Shown here: piece after piece, positions 48,979-59,050 of the stretch
Numbering within the stretch: position 1 is the first letter of the stretch
Layout of the letters: each line of letters starts with the position of its first letter
Source: an uncultured Bacilli bacterium
GTDB taxonomy: Bacteria; Bacillota_I; Bacilli_A; Izemoplasmatales; UBA1188
NCBI GenBank assembly: GCA_905235635.1
Contig: CAJOMC010000005.1
Coordinates: 14,264 to 78,263 of the forward strand
DNA length: 64,000 nt
Reading direction: 5' to 3'
Position numbers and translations under genes: made by a program
The notes under the pieces: generated by a model
What the model was told of the DNA's origin: nothing
The model's input: the letters and a program-made list of their open reading frames with translations, nothing else
Databases searched by the model: none

Positions 48979-51309
48979 GTGAGTAAATATTTTGATTTAA
49001 AATTACTTGAGTTCGACAAAATATTAAATAAAATAAAAAAATATGCTGTACTAGATGAATCACTTGATATGATATCTAGTCTTTCGTCATATGAAGAAGA
49101 TGCACTTTCTCTTAGTGCACTAAATGACACTAAAGATATGCTTGATGTTATAAAATACAATGGTTCTATTGATTTTACACCATATAAATTATCTTTAGTT
49201 CTACCTAGAATAAAAATAAAGGCTCCACTTGAAATAGTAGATTTTCTTGAATTATGTAAATTATCTAATAATGTATATAAAATAAGTGGAATAGTAAAAA
49301 AAGCTAAAGCTAACATAGAACTTAAAACTTTACCTAAGTATTTAGATACCCTCACAAGCTTAGTTGATGTAGAAAATGCAATTAAAAATATAATGGACCA
49401 AACTGGAGAAATTTATGATAGCGCATCTCCACTATTAAATAACTTAAGGAAGAATTTAAGAATAGAAGAAAATAATTTAGATAGTAAATTTCAATCTATT
49501 TTAAAAAGTGATTCAGATAAATTATCCGATCAAATTATTACTATAAGAAATGGAAGAAGAGTAATACCTGTGAAAAGTGAGTATAAATCCCATATTAAAG
49601 GTATTTTTCATGGTACATCCTCCTCTGGACTCACATCTTTTATAGAACCATACTCTATTATTGAAATCGAAAATAAGATAGAAGATATTAAAGATAAGAT
49701 AAATAAAGAAATATCTAGGATCTTATTTGAATTAAGTTTAAAAGTGGCGGAATATTATCACGAAATTAAAAGTGATTATGAAATCATTAATTACTTTGAT
49801 TTTCTATCCGCTAAGGCTGAATACGCTAAAGAGATTCATGCGGTAATGCCTATAATTGGCGATAATACAGAACTATATGATGCAAGACATCCTTTAATTG
49901 ATGAAGAAAAAGTTGTGCCTAACGATATAAAAATAAATCTAGGTACCTCAATGATTATTACAGGCCCTAATACTGGCGGTAAAACAGTGGTACTTAAAAC
50001 ATTAGGTCTTTTAACTCTTATGGCTAAATCAGGTATACTTATTCCTGCGAAAGAAGGATCTATAATAGCGCTCCCTAAAAATGTATTCACAGACCTAGGT
50101 GATGAACAATCCATCGAACAATCTCTTTCTACGTTTTCTTCACATATGACTAAAATTATCTTCATCATCAATAATCTTGAAGAGAAATCTTTAGTATTAA
50201 TCGATGAGCTAGGCGCAGGAACTGACCCAGTTGAGGGCTCATCTCTCGCAAGAGCGATAATTGATTATTTGAAGAGTTTTAATATATATCTATTGGTTTC
50301 AACTCATTATTCATCACTAAAGATTTATGCTTATAATACTAAAAATGTTATAAATGCCTCAGTTGAGTTTGATGAAGAGAGTCTTAAACCTACCTATAAG
50401 TTATTAATTGGTATCCCAGGTTCATCAAACGCACTGGTTATTTCAAAAAGATTAGGTCTTAATGAGTCTATTTTAAGAAATGCGGAAATATCTGAAGAGG
50501 ACAAGACTGATATTGAGAAAACTATTAAAAAGATAGAAGATGAATCGCTTTCCTTAAAAAATGCCAGAGAAGAATATGAGAGAAAGTTAGAAGATTTAAA
50601 TAAGATTGTTGAAAGAACTAATAAAGAACTAGATGAAAAGAGAAAAATATTAAATAAAGAAATAGATGATCTTGAAGCTAATAAAACTAAAATCTTAATT
50701 AAAACTCAAAGAAACGCAAATAGAATTCTTGATGAAATAGAAGAATTAAAAGAAGAGATTAAGAAATCAAATAAATATAAGGAAAATGAGATAATAGATG
50801 CGAAAGCTAAAATCTCATCACTTTATGAATCAAAAGAACTACTAAAGAAAAGCAATAAAGTGTCTGACCTTAAAATAGGAGATAAAGTAAATATTATCGC
50901 TTTTTCTAAGACAGGTTATATTACTGATGTTAAAAATGGAAAATACTTTGTTTCTTTTGGCAATATGACATCTTCTTTTAAAAAAGATGAACTTGAATAT
51001 CTAGAGGATAGTGAAGATAAACCTATTACATACTCAAGCCTACAAGGCATAAAGGTCCAAAGTGATATTAAAACTAGGCTTGATTTAAGAGGAAAAAGAC
51101 ATGAAGAAGCCCTATCTTTACTTGATCAATTTTTAGATGAAGCAATCTTAACTGGTGTTGATCAGGTTACTATTATTCATGGATACGGCTCTTTAGCTTT
51201 AAGAAATATGACACTTGATTACGCCAAAACCCATTCTCAAATTAAGAAATATAGAAGTGGTGATGCACATGAAGGAGGAACGGGAGTCACAATCCTATAT
51301 CTTAAATGA
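48979..51309 (+). CDS. mutS2: Endonuclease MutS2 (MutS-II ATPase plus C-terminal Smr domain)
   Basis: It starts at a GTG codon. It has 'LEFDKIL', Walker A 'GPNTGGKTV', 'DELGAGTDP' and the Smr block 'LDLRGKRHEEAL...IIHGYG'. Confidence 0.9.
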   Translation: MSKYFDLKLLEFDKILNKIKKYAVLDESLDMISSLSSYEEDALSLSALNDTKDMLDVIKYNGSIDFTPYKLSLVLPRIKIKAPLEIVDFLELCKLSNNVYKISGIVKKAKANIELKTLPKYLDTLTSLVDVENAIKNIMDQTGEIYDSASPLLNNLRKNLRIEENNLDSKFQSILKSDSDKLSDQIITIRNGRRVIPVKSEYKSHIKGIFHGTSSSGLTSFIEPYSIIEIENKIEDIKDKINKEISRILFELSLKVAEYYHEIKSDYEIINYFDFLSAKAEYAKEIHAVMPIIGDNTELYDARHPLIDEEKVVPNDIKINLGTSMIITGPNTGGKTVVLKTLGLLTLMAKSGILIPAKEGSIIALPKNVFTDLGDEQSIEQSLSTFSSHMTKIIFIINNLEEKSLVLIDELGAGTDPVEGSSLARAIIDYLKSFNIYLLVSTHYSSLKIYAYNTKNVINASVEFDEESLKPTYKLLIGIPGSSNALVISKRLGLNESILRNAEISEEDKTDIEKTIKKIEDESLSLKNAREEYERKLEDLNKIVERTNKELDEKRKILNKEIDDLEANKTKILIKTQRNANRILDEIEELKEEIKKSNKYKENEIIDAKAKISSLYESKELLKKSNKVSDLKIGDKVNIIAFSKTGYITDVKNGKYFVSFGNMTSSFKKDELEYLEDSEDKPITYSSLQGIKVQSDIKTRLDLRGKRHEEALSLLDQFLDEAILTGVDQVTIIHGYGSLALRNMTLDYAKTHSQIKKYRSGDAHEGGTGVTILYLK

Positions 51310-52172
51310 AAGGATCTTTTATACTTTTAAATAAAGAAAAAGGAATATCGTCTAATAAGATAGATAATAAAGTGAAAAAAGCACTTTATTTTTCTAAGGT
51401 AGGACATCTTGGGACTCTTGACCCGGATGCAACAGGATTATTAGTGCTTATGACTGATAGAGCCACTAAGTGTGCTAAATATTTTGATAGTATGGATAAA
51501 GTATATGAGATGACAATACTTTTTGGTGCTACATCTAAATCCCTCGATTTAGATAGTGAAATAACTGACTCTATAGATATAGACCTAAGAGGAAAAGAAA
51601 AGGAAATTGATGAGGTTATTCATAGTTTTAAGGGAATTATATCTCAAAAACCACCAATCTATAGCGCTATAAAAATAGATGGTGTAGCACTTTATAAATA
51701 TGCTCATAAGGGAGAAGAAATCGATATTCCTAAAAGAGAAGTAACCCTATATAATATAGAAAGGATATCCCCTATTACTTATCTAAAGCCATATTCATAT
51801 GTCACAATAAAAGCTCATGTATCTAAAGGCTTTTATATGAGATCTCTTGCCTATGATATAGGCGAAAAACTAGGCATTCCATCTATGTCTAAATCTATCA
51901 ATAGATTAAGGGAAGGAGAGTTTAATTTAGACGATGCTTCTACGCTTGATGAGATTATAAATGGAAAATATAATCCCATTGATCCAATTGAATATATGGA
52001 CTTTCCTAAAATAGAGGTTAATGATCAAATATATACTGATATATTAAATGGGAAATGGCTAGTTTTAGATAATATCTCAGAATATATTAAAATCTATCAT
52101 AATAGTGAATTCGTTGCGATATATAAATTTGATAAAGACACTAACACATATAGAATGGATTTTTTAGCATAA
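51306..52172 (+). CDS. truB: tRNA pseudouridine(55) synthase TruB
   Basis: It has 'KVGHLGTLDPDATGLL' (catalytic Asp) and 'QKPPIYSAIK'. It overlaps mutS2 by 4 nt. Confidence 0.9.
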   Translation: MKGSFILLNKEKGISSNKIDNKVKKALYFSKVGHLGTLDPDATGLLVLMTDRATKCAKYFDSMDKVYEMTILFGATSKSLDLDSEITDSIDIDLRGKEKEIDEVIHSFKGIISQKPPIYSAIKIDGVALYKYAHKGEEIDIPKREVTLYNIERISPITYLKPYSYVTIKAHVSKGFYMRSLAYDIGEKLGIPSMSKSINRLREGEFNLDDASTLDEIINGKYNPIDPIEYMDFPKIEVNDQIYTDILNGKWLVLDNISEYIKIYHNSEFVAIYKFDKDTNTYRMDFLA

Positions 52173-52966
52173 TGAAAATAACTTATTTAACTGACTATAA
52201 ACAATTTAATAGAGATAACCTCACCATCGCATTAGGCTATTTTGATGGTGTCCATTTGGGACATAAAAAAGTGATTGAAAAGGCTATAAGATTAAGTAAA
52301 GAAACATCTACTAAATCCATTGTCTTAACTTTTTCATCAAGCATAAAATCTTTTATCTTTAACACAAAAGAAGAGCATCTTACATCAATTAATGACAAAG
52401 TTGAGATATTTAAGAAATTAGGAATTGATGAAGTTATATTCATTAATCTTAATGATGAATTTGTGAAATTATCATACATGGAGTTTTTTGATATTTTTTT
52501 AAGAAAGGCTAAGAATGTAGTGTGTGGTTTTGATTACACCTTTGGCAATTTAGGCAAAGGAAATGTCTCTATTTTAAAAGAATTACTTTCTGATAGAGTA
52601 TCGGTTATTCCGAAACTTGAACTAAATGGCATAAAGGTCGGGGCGAAAGAGATTAGCAGCCAAATCAAGGCTGGAAATCTAGAACTCTCTGAAAGATATT
52701 TAGGGCATAAGTATCTAATTGATGGAAAACTATATAAAAGGAATAAATATTTTGCGTTAAATACTCAGGATTATGTCGTCCCTAAGAATGGTTATTATAT
52801 TATTGAATTTATGTCAAATGGATCAGTTAAAGATATCAAGGCTAAAATTAAATTAATTGATCCATCAAACGGAATATTGCTTAGAGAAACTGATAATTCT
52901 GTGTTAGAAAATCTATTTAAAGAATCTAATAAGTTTAGGATTCATTTTAAAGAAATAGACAAATAA
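52172..52966 (+). CDS. ribF: RibF-like FMN adenylyltransferase with a short, divergent C-terminal (riboflavin-kinase-like) region
   Basis: It has the N-terminal 'ALGYFDGVHLGHKKVI' and 'VVCGFDYTFG'. The C-terminal ~95 aa lack the 'G(R)xLGFPTAN' kinase motif; 'RNKYFALNTQDY' stands in its place. The junction with truB is a TAATG overlap. Confidence 0.7.
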   Translation: MKITYLTDYKQFNRDNLTIALGYFDGVHLGHKKVIEKAIRLSKETSTKSIVLTFSSSIKSFIFNTKEEHLTSINDKVEIFKKLGIDEVIFINLNDEFVKLSYMEFFDIFLRKAKNVVCGFDYTFGNLGKGNVSILKELLSDRVSVIPKLELNGIKVGAKEISSQIKAGNLELSERYLGHKYLIDGKLYKRNKYFALNTQDYVVPKNGYYIIEFMSNGSVKDIKAKIKLIDPSNGILLRETDNSVLENLFKESNKFRIHFKEIDK

Positions 52967-53130
52967 AAGGTGTCAATTACCAAGATGATATTAGGGAAGT
53001 TCTGTGACTTTCCCTTATTGTTGCGCATTTTTTACATAAATTTATGAAAAATAGTGTATAATATTCAATGTTGAAAATATCCATTATTCTTTGATTAATC
53101 AAAGCATAATGAAACTTGAAGGAGAAAAAA

Positions 53131-54447
53131 ATGAATATAACAAATTTACCTGGCTCAAAAGTACAATTTGAGGTCGAAGTATCTGTCGAAACTTTTAAAA
53201 AAGCATTAGATGAAGCATACGAAGAACAAGCTAAGAATTATGAAATTCCTGGTTTTAGAAAAGGACATGTTCCAAAAGAAATCTATATGGCAAGAGAAGG
53301 AGAAAAATCATTATATCCAAAAGCATTGGATTTAGTAATCAATGACACTTATTATGAAGTAGTTGAAAACGAAAAACTAAAAGTTGTATCACAACCTGAT
53401 ATTGATTTAGATTATGAAAATATTAAATCATCTGAACCTTTTAAATACACAGTAACAGTTGAAGTCGTGCCACAAGTTACTCTTGGCGAATACAAGGGTC
53501 TTGAAGTTGAAAAAGACTCTATAGAAGTTAGTGATTCTGAAGTTCAAGCAGTTATAGATAGACAACTTAGAGAAGACACTATGGAAAGTGATAAAGAAGA
53601 ATCTGAACCTGTTGAAGATGGCGATAAAGTTATCATCGATTATGAAGGAAGTGTTGATGGAGAATTATTTGAAGGTGGTTCTGCAAAAGAACAACCATTA
53701 GTAATTGGTTCTCATACATTTATTCCTGGATTTGAAGAACAATTAATCGGCTTGAAAAAGGGAGATGTTAAAGATATTAACGTTAAATTCCCTGATGATT
53801 ATCAAGCTGAACATTTAAAAGGAAAAGATGCTGTATTTAAAATCACTCTTCACTCTATTAAACGTATGGAGACACCTGAATTCAATGATGATTTTGTTTT
53901 AGGTTTAGATCATGAAGGTGTTAAGACAGCTGATGAATATAGAGCACATATCAAAGAACATCTAGGTGAACACAAAGAACATGATGCTTCTGAAAAAGCA
54001 GAAAAAGCTTTACTTGATAAGATTATTGAAAATGCTAAATTTGATGTTCCTGAAAAACTTGTAGCAGAAGAAGCAAATTATATGTTTGAAGAAGAAGCTC
54101 AATCATTTGAGCAACAATATAAAGGATTCAAGTTTGATATGTATTTATCATATACTGGTCAAACTAAAGAATCTCACATTGAATCTTTAAAAGAAGAAGC
54201 TAAATTTAGATTTTCTCGTGATTTTGTTTTAGGAGCTATTGCTAAAGCTGAAAAGATTGATGCAACTAAGGAAGAACTTGAAAAGGAATACGAGGATATC
54301 GCTAAATATTACTCTTTATCAGTTGATGACGTTAAAGCTAGATTAAATGAAGAAAGAGTAACTGAACAAGTTACATTAAGAAAAGCATATGAATTTGTTA
54401 AAGAAAACAACAAATTTGTAGCAAAGAAAGAAGAAAAAACTGAATAG
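53131..54447 (+). CDS. tig: Trigger factor
   Basis: The preferred start is ATG 53131, after GAAGGAG (53118-53124). It has 'PGFRKGHVPKEI' and the FKBP-type 'DYEGSVDGELFEGGSA...FIPGFEEQLIG'. Confidence 0.9.
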   Translation: MNITNLPGSKVQFEVEVSVETFKKALDEAYEEQAKNYEIPGFRKGHVPKEIYMAREGEKSLYPKALDLVINDTYYEVVENEKLKVVSQPDIDLDYENIKSSEPFKYTVTVEVVPQVTLGEYKGLEVEKDSIEVSDSEVQAVIDRQLREDTMESDKEESEPVEDGDKVIIDYEGSVDGELFEGGSAKEQPLVIGSHTFIPGFEEQLIGLKKGDVKDINVKFPDDYQAEHLKGKDAVFKITLHSIKRMETPEFNDDFVLGLDHEGVKTADEYRAHIKEHLGEHKEHDASEKAEKALLDKIIENAKFDVPEKLVAEEANYMFEEEAQSFEQQYKGFKFDMYLSYTGQTKESHIESLKEEAKFRFSRDFVLGAIAKAEKIDATKEELEKEYEDIAKYYSLSVDDVKARLNEERVTEQVTLRKAYEFVKENNKFVAKKEEKTE

Positions 54448-54493
54448 TAAATATATTAAACGTTAATCTATGAAATATTAGAAAAGGAGGTCT

Positions 54494-56809
54494 ATGAGTC
54501 AAAATAATATTTTACCTGTAATAGCAATGAAAGAACCTGTAATGCTTCCAAATATCGAACAGAGAATCGAAGTCGCAAGAGTTCATTCAAAGAATGCTAT
54601 TGTACAATCAAAAGAAAATTATGATAGAGAAATTCTCTTAGTTTTCTATAATAAACCTCTTGATAATAATGAAGTTCCAACTCCTGAGATTTGCTATCCT
54701 ATAGGCGTTATCGCTAGATTTGATAGTGAACTTAAACTTGCTAACGCAAATTATAGAGTTAAATTTTCTACTTTCGGCAGAGTAAAACTAGACTATATCT
54801 TCTTAAAAGACAATTGCTTATATTCTGAATATCATTTCCTTGATGAAGAATATGGTGATGCTGAAGAAGAAAAAAACCTAGTATCAAAAGTTACACAAGA
54901 AGTAATGGAAAAAAGTGCTGCAATACTTAGAACACCTAAAACTGTTCTTGATGAAATCAATAAGAATAGTGGCGCAGCTAGATTTTCTGATGTTGTCGCA
55001 TCATCACTTTTAGTTGATGGAAGACAAATGTATAAATATCTTGCGGAAACTAAAGTTAATATTCGCCTTAAGATGATTTTAGACGATATTAGCGGAATCC
55101 TAAGCCATAAAGAATTAGATGACAAGATTGAAGATGCAGTTAGAAAATCGATGGAACAATCTCAAAAAGAGTATTATCTAAGAGAAAAAATTAAAGCTAT
55201 CCAAAATGAACTTGGAGATATCGATAATAATGTTACTGATATCGAGAAACTAAGGGAAAAAATTGAAAATGCTGGTATGCCTGAAAATGTTAAAAACCAT
55301 GTATCAAGAGAACTCCACAGATATCAATCTGTCCCAAGTGCCTCTCCTGAATCATCAATGATTAGATCATATATCGATACTATGATTGACATTCCTTGGA
55401 AATATGAGACAAAGGATGAAGAAGATATAAGGAAAGCGAAAGAAAAGTTAGATGAGACACATTTTGGATTAGATAAGGTTAAAGATAGAATTCTTGAATA
55501 TTTATCCGTTAAACTATATACAAAAAAGAATCCTCAAACTATTCTATGTTTCGCAGGCCCTCCAGGTGTAGGTAAAACTACTCTCGCTAAATCAATTGCT
55601 GAAGCTCTTGGTCGAAAGTTTGTTAAACAATCACTTGGTGGTATTAAAGATGAAGCTGAAATAAGGGGACACAGACGTACATATATTGGTTCACTTCCTG
55701 GTAGAATCATGCATGGTATGGCTGAAGCTGGTTCAATAAATCCTGTATTCTTACTAGATGAAATTGATAAGGTTGGCTCAGATTATAAAGGTGATCCATC
55801 TGCAGCACTTCTTGAGGTACTTGATCCAGAACAAAACAAATACTTTAGTGATAACTATGTAGAAGAACAATATGATCTCTCTAAAGTAATGTTCATCTGT
55901 ACCGCAAACTATACTGAAAATATTCCAGCTCCACTATACGATAGAATGGAAATTATTGAGCTATCAAGTTATACTGAACTTGAGAAGTTCCAAATAGCTA
56001 AAACTCACGTTATTAGAAAGGAACTTAAGGCAAATGGTCTAGAAGAAAATAAACTAGAAATTACTGATGGCGCTATTATGAGTCTTATTAAACATTACAC
56101 TAGAGAAGCTGGTGTTAGACAAGTTGAAAGACTAATAGGTTCAATAGTTAGAAAGTCAATTAGAAAGATTCTAGAAGAAAAACTAGATAAAGTTGTTGTT
56201 GATGAGTCTAACTTAAAAGACTATCTAGGCAAAGAAATCTTCCAAAATAACAGCACTGAAAATGAAGATTTAGTTGGTGTTGTTACGGGTCTTGCTTACA
56301 CTCAATTTGGTGGAGATACGCTCCAGATTGAAGTAACAACGTACAAAGGTTCTGGTCAACTCGTTTTAACTGGAAAGTTAGGCGATGTTATGAAAGAATC
56401 CGCTAGAACTGCCTTCTCATGGGTTAGAAGCCACGCCGCTGATTATAATATCGACGAAGAAATATTCTCTAAAGTTGATACTCATATCCACGTACCAGAA
56501 GGTGCTGTACCAAAAGATGGTCCATCTGCTGGTGTCACAATGGCAACAGCTATCGCATCAGCCTTCACAAAGAGGAAGGTTCATCACGAAGTTGGTATGA
56601 CTGGTGAGGCTACTCTTCGTGGAAGAGTCTTACCTATTGGTGGACTTAAAGAAAAATCTATTGCCGCAAATAGATCTGGCTTAAAGAGAATATTAATTCC
56701 TAAAGAAAATCTAAGAGATCTTGATGATATTCCAAAAGAAGTAAAAGATGCTTTAGAAATTATCCCAGTATCTTCGCTTGAAGAAGTTCTATCTTACGCA
56801 TTAGTATAA
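54494..56809 (+). CDS. lon: ATP-dependent protease LonA
   Basis: It has a Lon N-terminal domain, AAA+ 'GPPGVGKTTLA' and 'LLDEIDK', and the protease 'PKDGPSAGVTMATA' with a downstream Lys. An AAAGGAGG RBS lies upstream. Confidence 0.95.
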   Translation: MSQNNILPVIAMKEPVMLPNIEQRIEVARVHSKNAIVQSKENYDREILLVFYNKPLDNNEVPTPEICYPIGVIARFDSELKLANANYRVKFSTFGRVKLDYIFLKDNCLYSEYHFLDEEYGDAEEEKNLVSKVTQEVMEKSAAILRTPKTVLDEINKNSGAARFSDVVASSLLVDGRQMYKYLAETKVNIRLKMILDDISGILSHKELDDKIEDAVRKSMEQSQKEYYLREKIKAIQNELGDIDNNVTDIEKLREKIENAGMPENVKNHVSRELHRYQSVPSASPESSMIRSYIDTMIDIPWKYETKDEEDIRKAKEKLDETHFGLDKVKDRILEYLSVKLYTKKNPQTILCFAGPPGVGKTTLAKSIAEALGRKFVKQSLGGIKDEAEIRGHRRTYIGSLPGRIMHGMAEAGSINPVFLLDEIDKVGSDYKGDPSAALLEVLDPEQNKYFSDNYVEEQYDLSKVMFICTANYTENIPAPLYDRMEIIELSSYTELEKFQIAKTHVIRKELKANGLEENKLEITDGAIMSLIKHYTREAGVRQVERLIGSIVRKSIRKILEEKLDKVVVDESNLKDYLGKEIFQNNSTENEDLVGVVTGLAYTQFGGDTLQIEVTTYKGSGQLVLTGKLGDVMKESARTAFSWVRSHAADYNIDEEIFSKVDTHIHVPEGAVPKDGPSAGVTMATAIASAFTKRKVHHEVGMTGEATLRGRVLPIGGLKEKSIAANRSGLKRILIPKENLRDLDDIPKEVKDALEIIPVSSLEEVLSYALV

Positions 56810-56818
56810 GAAAAATAT

Positions 56819-56851
56819 AGACACTTTTCTTTTCGGAAAGTGTCTTTATTT
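56819..56851 (+). terminator. Rho-independent terminator after lon
   Basis: AGACACTTTTC / GGAAAGTGTCT stem with a 5-nt loop, followed by TTATTT. Confidence 0.8.
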
Positions 56852-56925
56852 AAATTGACTTTCATTTTTTAATCTTATACAATCTAATTGGATTTAAAAA
56901 TAAAATGACTATTATGAGGTTTCAT

Positions 56926-57522
56926 ATGGTCATTTTTGTTTATTTAGATGAATCAGGTTCTATTCATGAAAATAGTAATACTAAATATTTTGCGATAGGT
57001 GGATATCTTGTATCTAAAGAAGATAATCTTAAAGCGATATCTACCTATAAAAGAATTAATAAAAGTATAAAGGATAAATATAATATCCCACTATGTAAGG
57101 AACTTAAATCTTTTAATTATACAGTAAGCGATAAGATAGATATCTTTTTAAATATTCAAAGAATAAGAAGTTATATTGGATGCGCTAAAGTCTTTAGTAA
57201 AGAAGATATGAAAAAGAGCGTAAAAGATGTGAATGTATTTTATAACTATGGAGTAAAACTTCTATTTGATGATTGTATATTAAAACTATTTGATATAGAT
57301 AATATGTCATATCATATAGACTTTATAGTAAATATGGATAATAGAAGTATAAGTGTTGGTAAGCTAAAGGACCTTGAAACTTACCTCAATACTGAATATT
57401 GTCTATATGATATGACATTTAAGGTAACTTACTATGATTCTAAAACAAACTATGGTATACAACTCGCTGACTTAACAGTTAATACTTTTTATAATGTATT
57501 TAAAGATATAAGATGTAGTTAA
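56926..57522 (+). CDS. DUF3800-family protein
   Basis: The preferred start is ATG 56926, after TGAGGT. It has the N-terminal 'VIFVYLDESGS' and the C-terminal 'GIQLADLTVNT', both hallmarks of DUF3800. The gene is very AT-rich and stands alone. Confidence 0.65.
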   Translation: MVIFVYLDESGSIHENSNTKYFAIGGYLVSKEDNLKAISTYKRINKSIKDKYNIPLCKELKSFNYTVSDKIDIFLNIQRIRSYIGCAKVFSKEDMKKSVKDVNVFYNYGVKLLFDDCILKLFDIDNMSYHIDFIVNMDNRSISVGKLKDLETYLNTEYCLYDMTFKVTYYDSKTNYGIQLADLTVNTFYNVFKDIRCS

Positions 57523-57636
57523 GGCGATAAAACCTTATAGATATAGAATATCAACCTTTCCAGGCAATCAGATATATGGAAGAAAAAGACCAGTATATTA
57601 TTAAATGATTTATAATATAAGTAATGAGGTATTTAT

Positions 57637-59010
57637 ATGAAAAAAGGCTTGAGAATAACACTTATTGTGGTTTCATCATTTTTACTTGCGCTTCTTTTAT
57701 TCCTACTTTTTGCGGTAGTTAATCATAGCGTAAGAAATAGTGTTAAAGTGGATGAGAAAATAGAAAATACTACAGGTCTTGTTGTGGCAAAAGGGAGAGG
57801 CCTATATGATGAAGATGGTAATAAACTTATACTTAAAGGAGTGAATTTAGGTAATTTGTTTGTGACTGAAGGTTGGATTAGTCCATACGCAACTTACGAT
57901 ATGGAATGGAATAGCGATTCAAATCACTACGACTATAAAGAGTTATCTCATGAACAGTTCCTAAAAGGATTTAATTCTAACCCTAACCTAAATGATAATG
58001 AAAGAAGAGAATTGCTTGAAATTTATTACGAAAATTTCTTTAATGATCTAGACGCTAAATTTATTAAATCTATCGGTTTTAATTGTATAAGAATACCATT
58101 TTATTATAAGAATATATTAGACGAGAATGATGGCGTGTTTACTCTTAAAGACGAAGTTAGTGCATTTAAAGATTTAGATAGAGTAGTAAATATATGTAGC
58201 GATAATGATTTATATGTAGTGCTTGATCTACACGGTTGTCCTGGAAGCCAAAATGGTTATGAACATTCTGGCGCAATAGATTACGATAAATATAATAAAG
58301 ATACAATTAGATTTTGGTATAACGATACATATATTGATGCTATAGTTGACCTTTGGAAATATGTCTCTAATCACTATAAAGATAATAAAACTATTGCGAT
58401 GTATGATTTAATAAATGAACCAAGAAGTAGAAAACTTGTATCGGATAAAACTGTATGGAATGTATATGACAAAATATATAAAGTTATAAGAGAAAATGGT
58501 GATAATCATAATATCGCCCTTGAAGGGATATGGTCATTTTCAAGGCTCCCAAATCCAAAAAAATATTCTTGGGAGAATGTGACATATTCATATCATTTCT
58601 ATAACTGGTTTACAGGTAAAGGCTTATCAAATAATATGTTTTATACTTACCAGGATTTGTCTAATTTTGGCCGTAATTATGAAGTACCAGTTTATATAGG
58701 AGAATTCACTTTCTTTGATGATGAAAAGTCATGGAAGACAGGACTTAAGCTATATGATGAAAGGCACTACTCGTGGACTTTATGGACTTATAAGATGCCT
58801 GTAGAGGGCTCTTGGTGGACTAATTCATGGGGCATTATTAATCTTTATAATTATGACGATGAAGCATCAAAAGGCTGGCATAAAGTTAATGTGTCAACCG
58901 CAACCTATGATGAGATTAAGGCATGTTTTTTGGCAACTAATCTTTCAAATACATCATCAATAAAATATTCAAATACTTACAAGTTTTTAAAAGATTATTT
59001 TGATAAATAA
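57637..59010 (+). CDS. Membrane-anchored glycoside hydrolase family 5 (cellulase/beta-glucanase-like)
   Basis: It has an N-terminal TM anchor 'ITLIVVSSFLLALLLFLLFAVV', then 'GFNCIRIPF', the acid/base 'LINEPRS' and the nucleophile 'VYIGEFT'. Confidence 0.8.
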   Translation: MKKGLRITLIVVSSFLLALLLFLLFAVVNHSVRNSVKVDEKIENTTGLVVAKGRGLYDEDGNKLILKGVNLGNLFVTEGWISPYATYDMEWNSDSNHYDYKELSHEQFLKGFNSNPNLNDNERRELLEIYYENFFNDLDAKFIKSIGFNCIRIPFYYKNILDENDGVFTLKDEVSAFKDLDRVVNICSDNDLYVVLDLHGCPGSQNGYEHSGAIDYDKYNKDTIRFWYNDTYIDAIVDLWKYVSNHYKDNKTIAMYDLINEPRSRKLVSDKTVWNVYDKIYKVIRENGDNHNIALEGIWSFSRLPNPKKYSWENVTYSYHFYNWFTGKGLSNNMFYTYQDLSNFGRNYEVPVYIGEFTFFDDEKSWKTGLKLYDERHYSWTLWTYKMPVEGSWWTNSWGIINLYNYDDEASKGWHKVNVSTATYDEIKACFLATNLSNTSSIKYSNTYKFLKDYFDK

Positions 59011-59015
59011 CATAT

Positions 59016-59044
59016 TTGACATATACTTACATTGATGATAAAAT
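59016..59044 (+). promoter_or_regulatory. Near-consensus sigma-A promoter with extended -10
   Basis: TTGACA (59016-59021), a 17-nt spacer, then TGATAAAAT (59036-59044). Both strings are identical to those of the tRNA promoter at 30604-30631. Confidence 0.75.
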
Positions 59045-59050
59045 TACATT

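Noticed and set aside
48972-49355. A 127-aa minus-strand ORF opposite the 5' end of mutS2.
   Set aside because: It is antisense to the conserved MutS2 N terminus ('LEFDKIL...'). It would also overlap the rnhC/mutS2 divergent promoter region. It is a shadow ORF.
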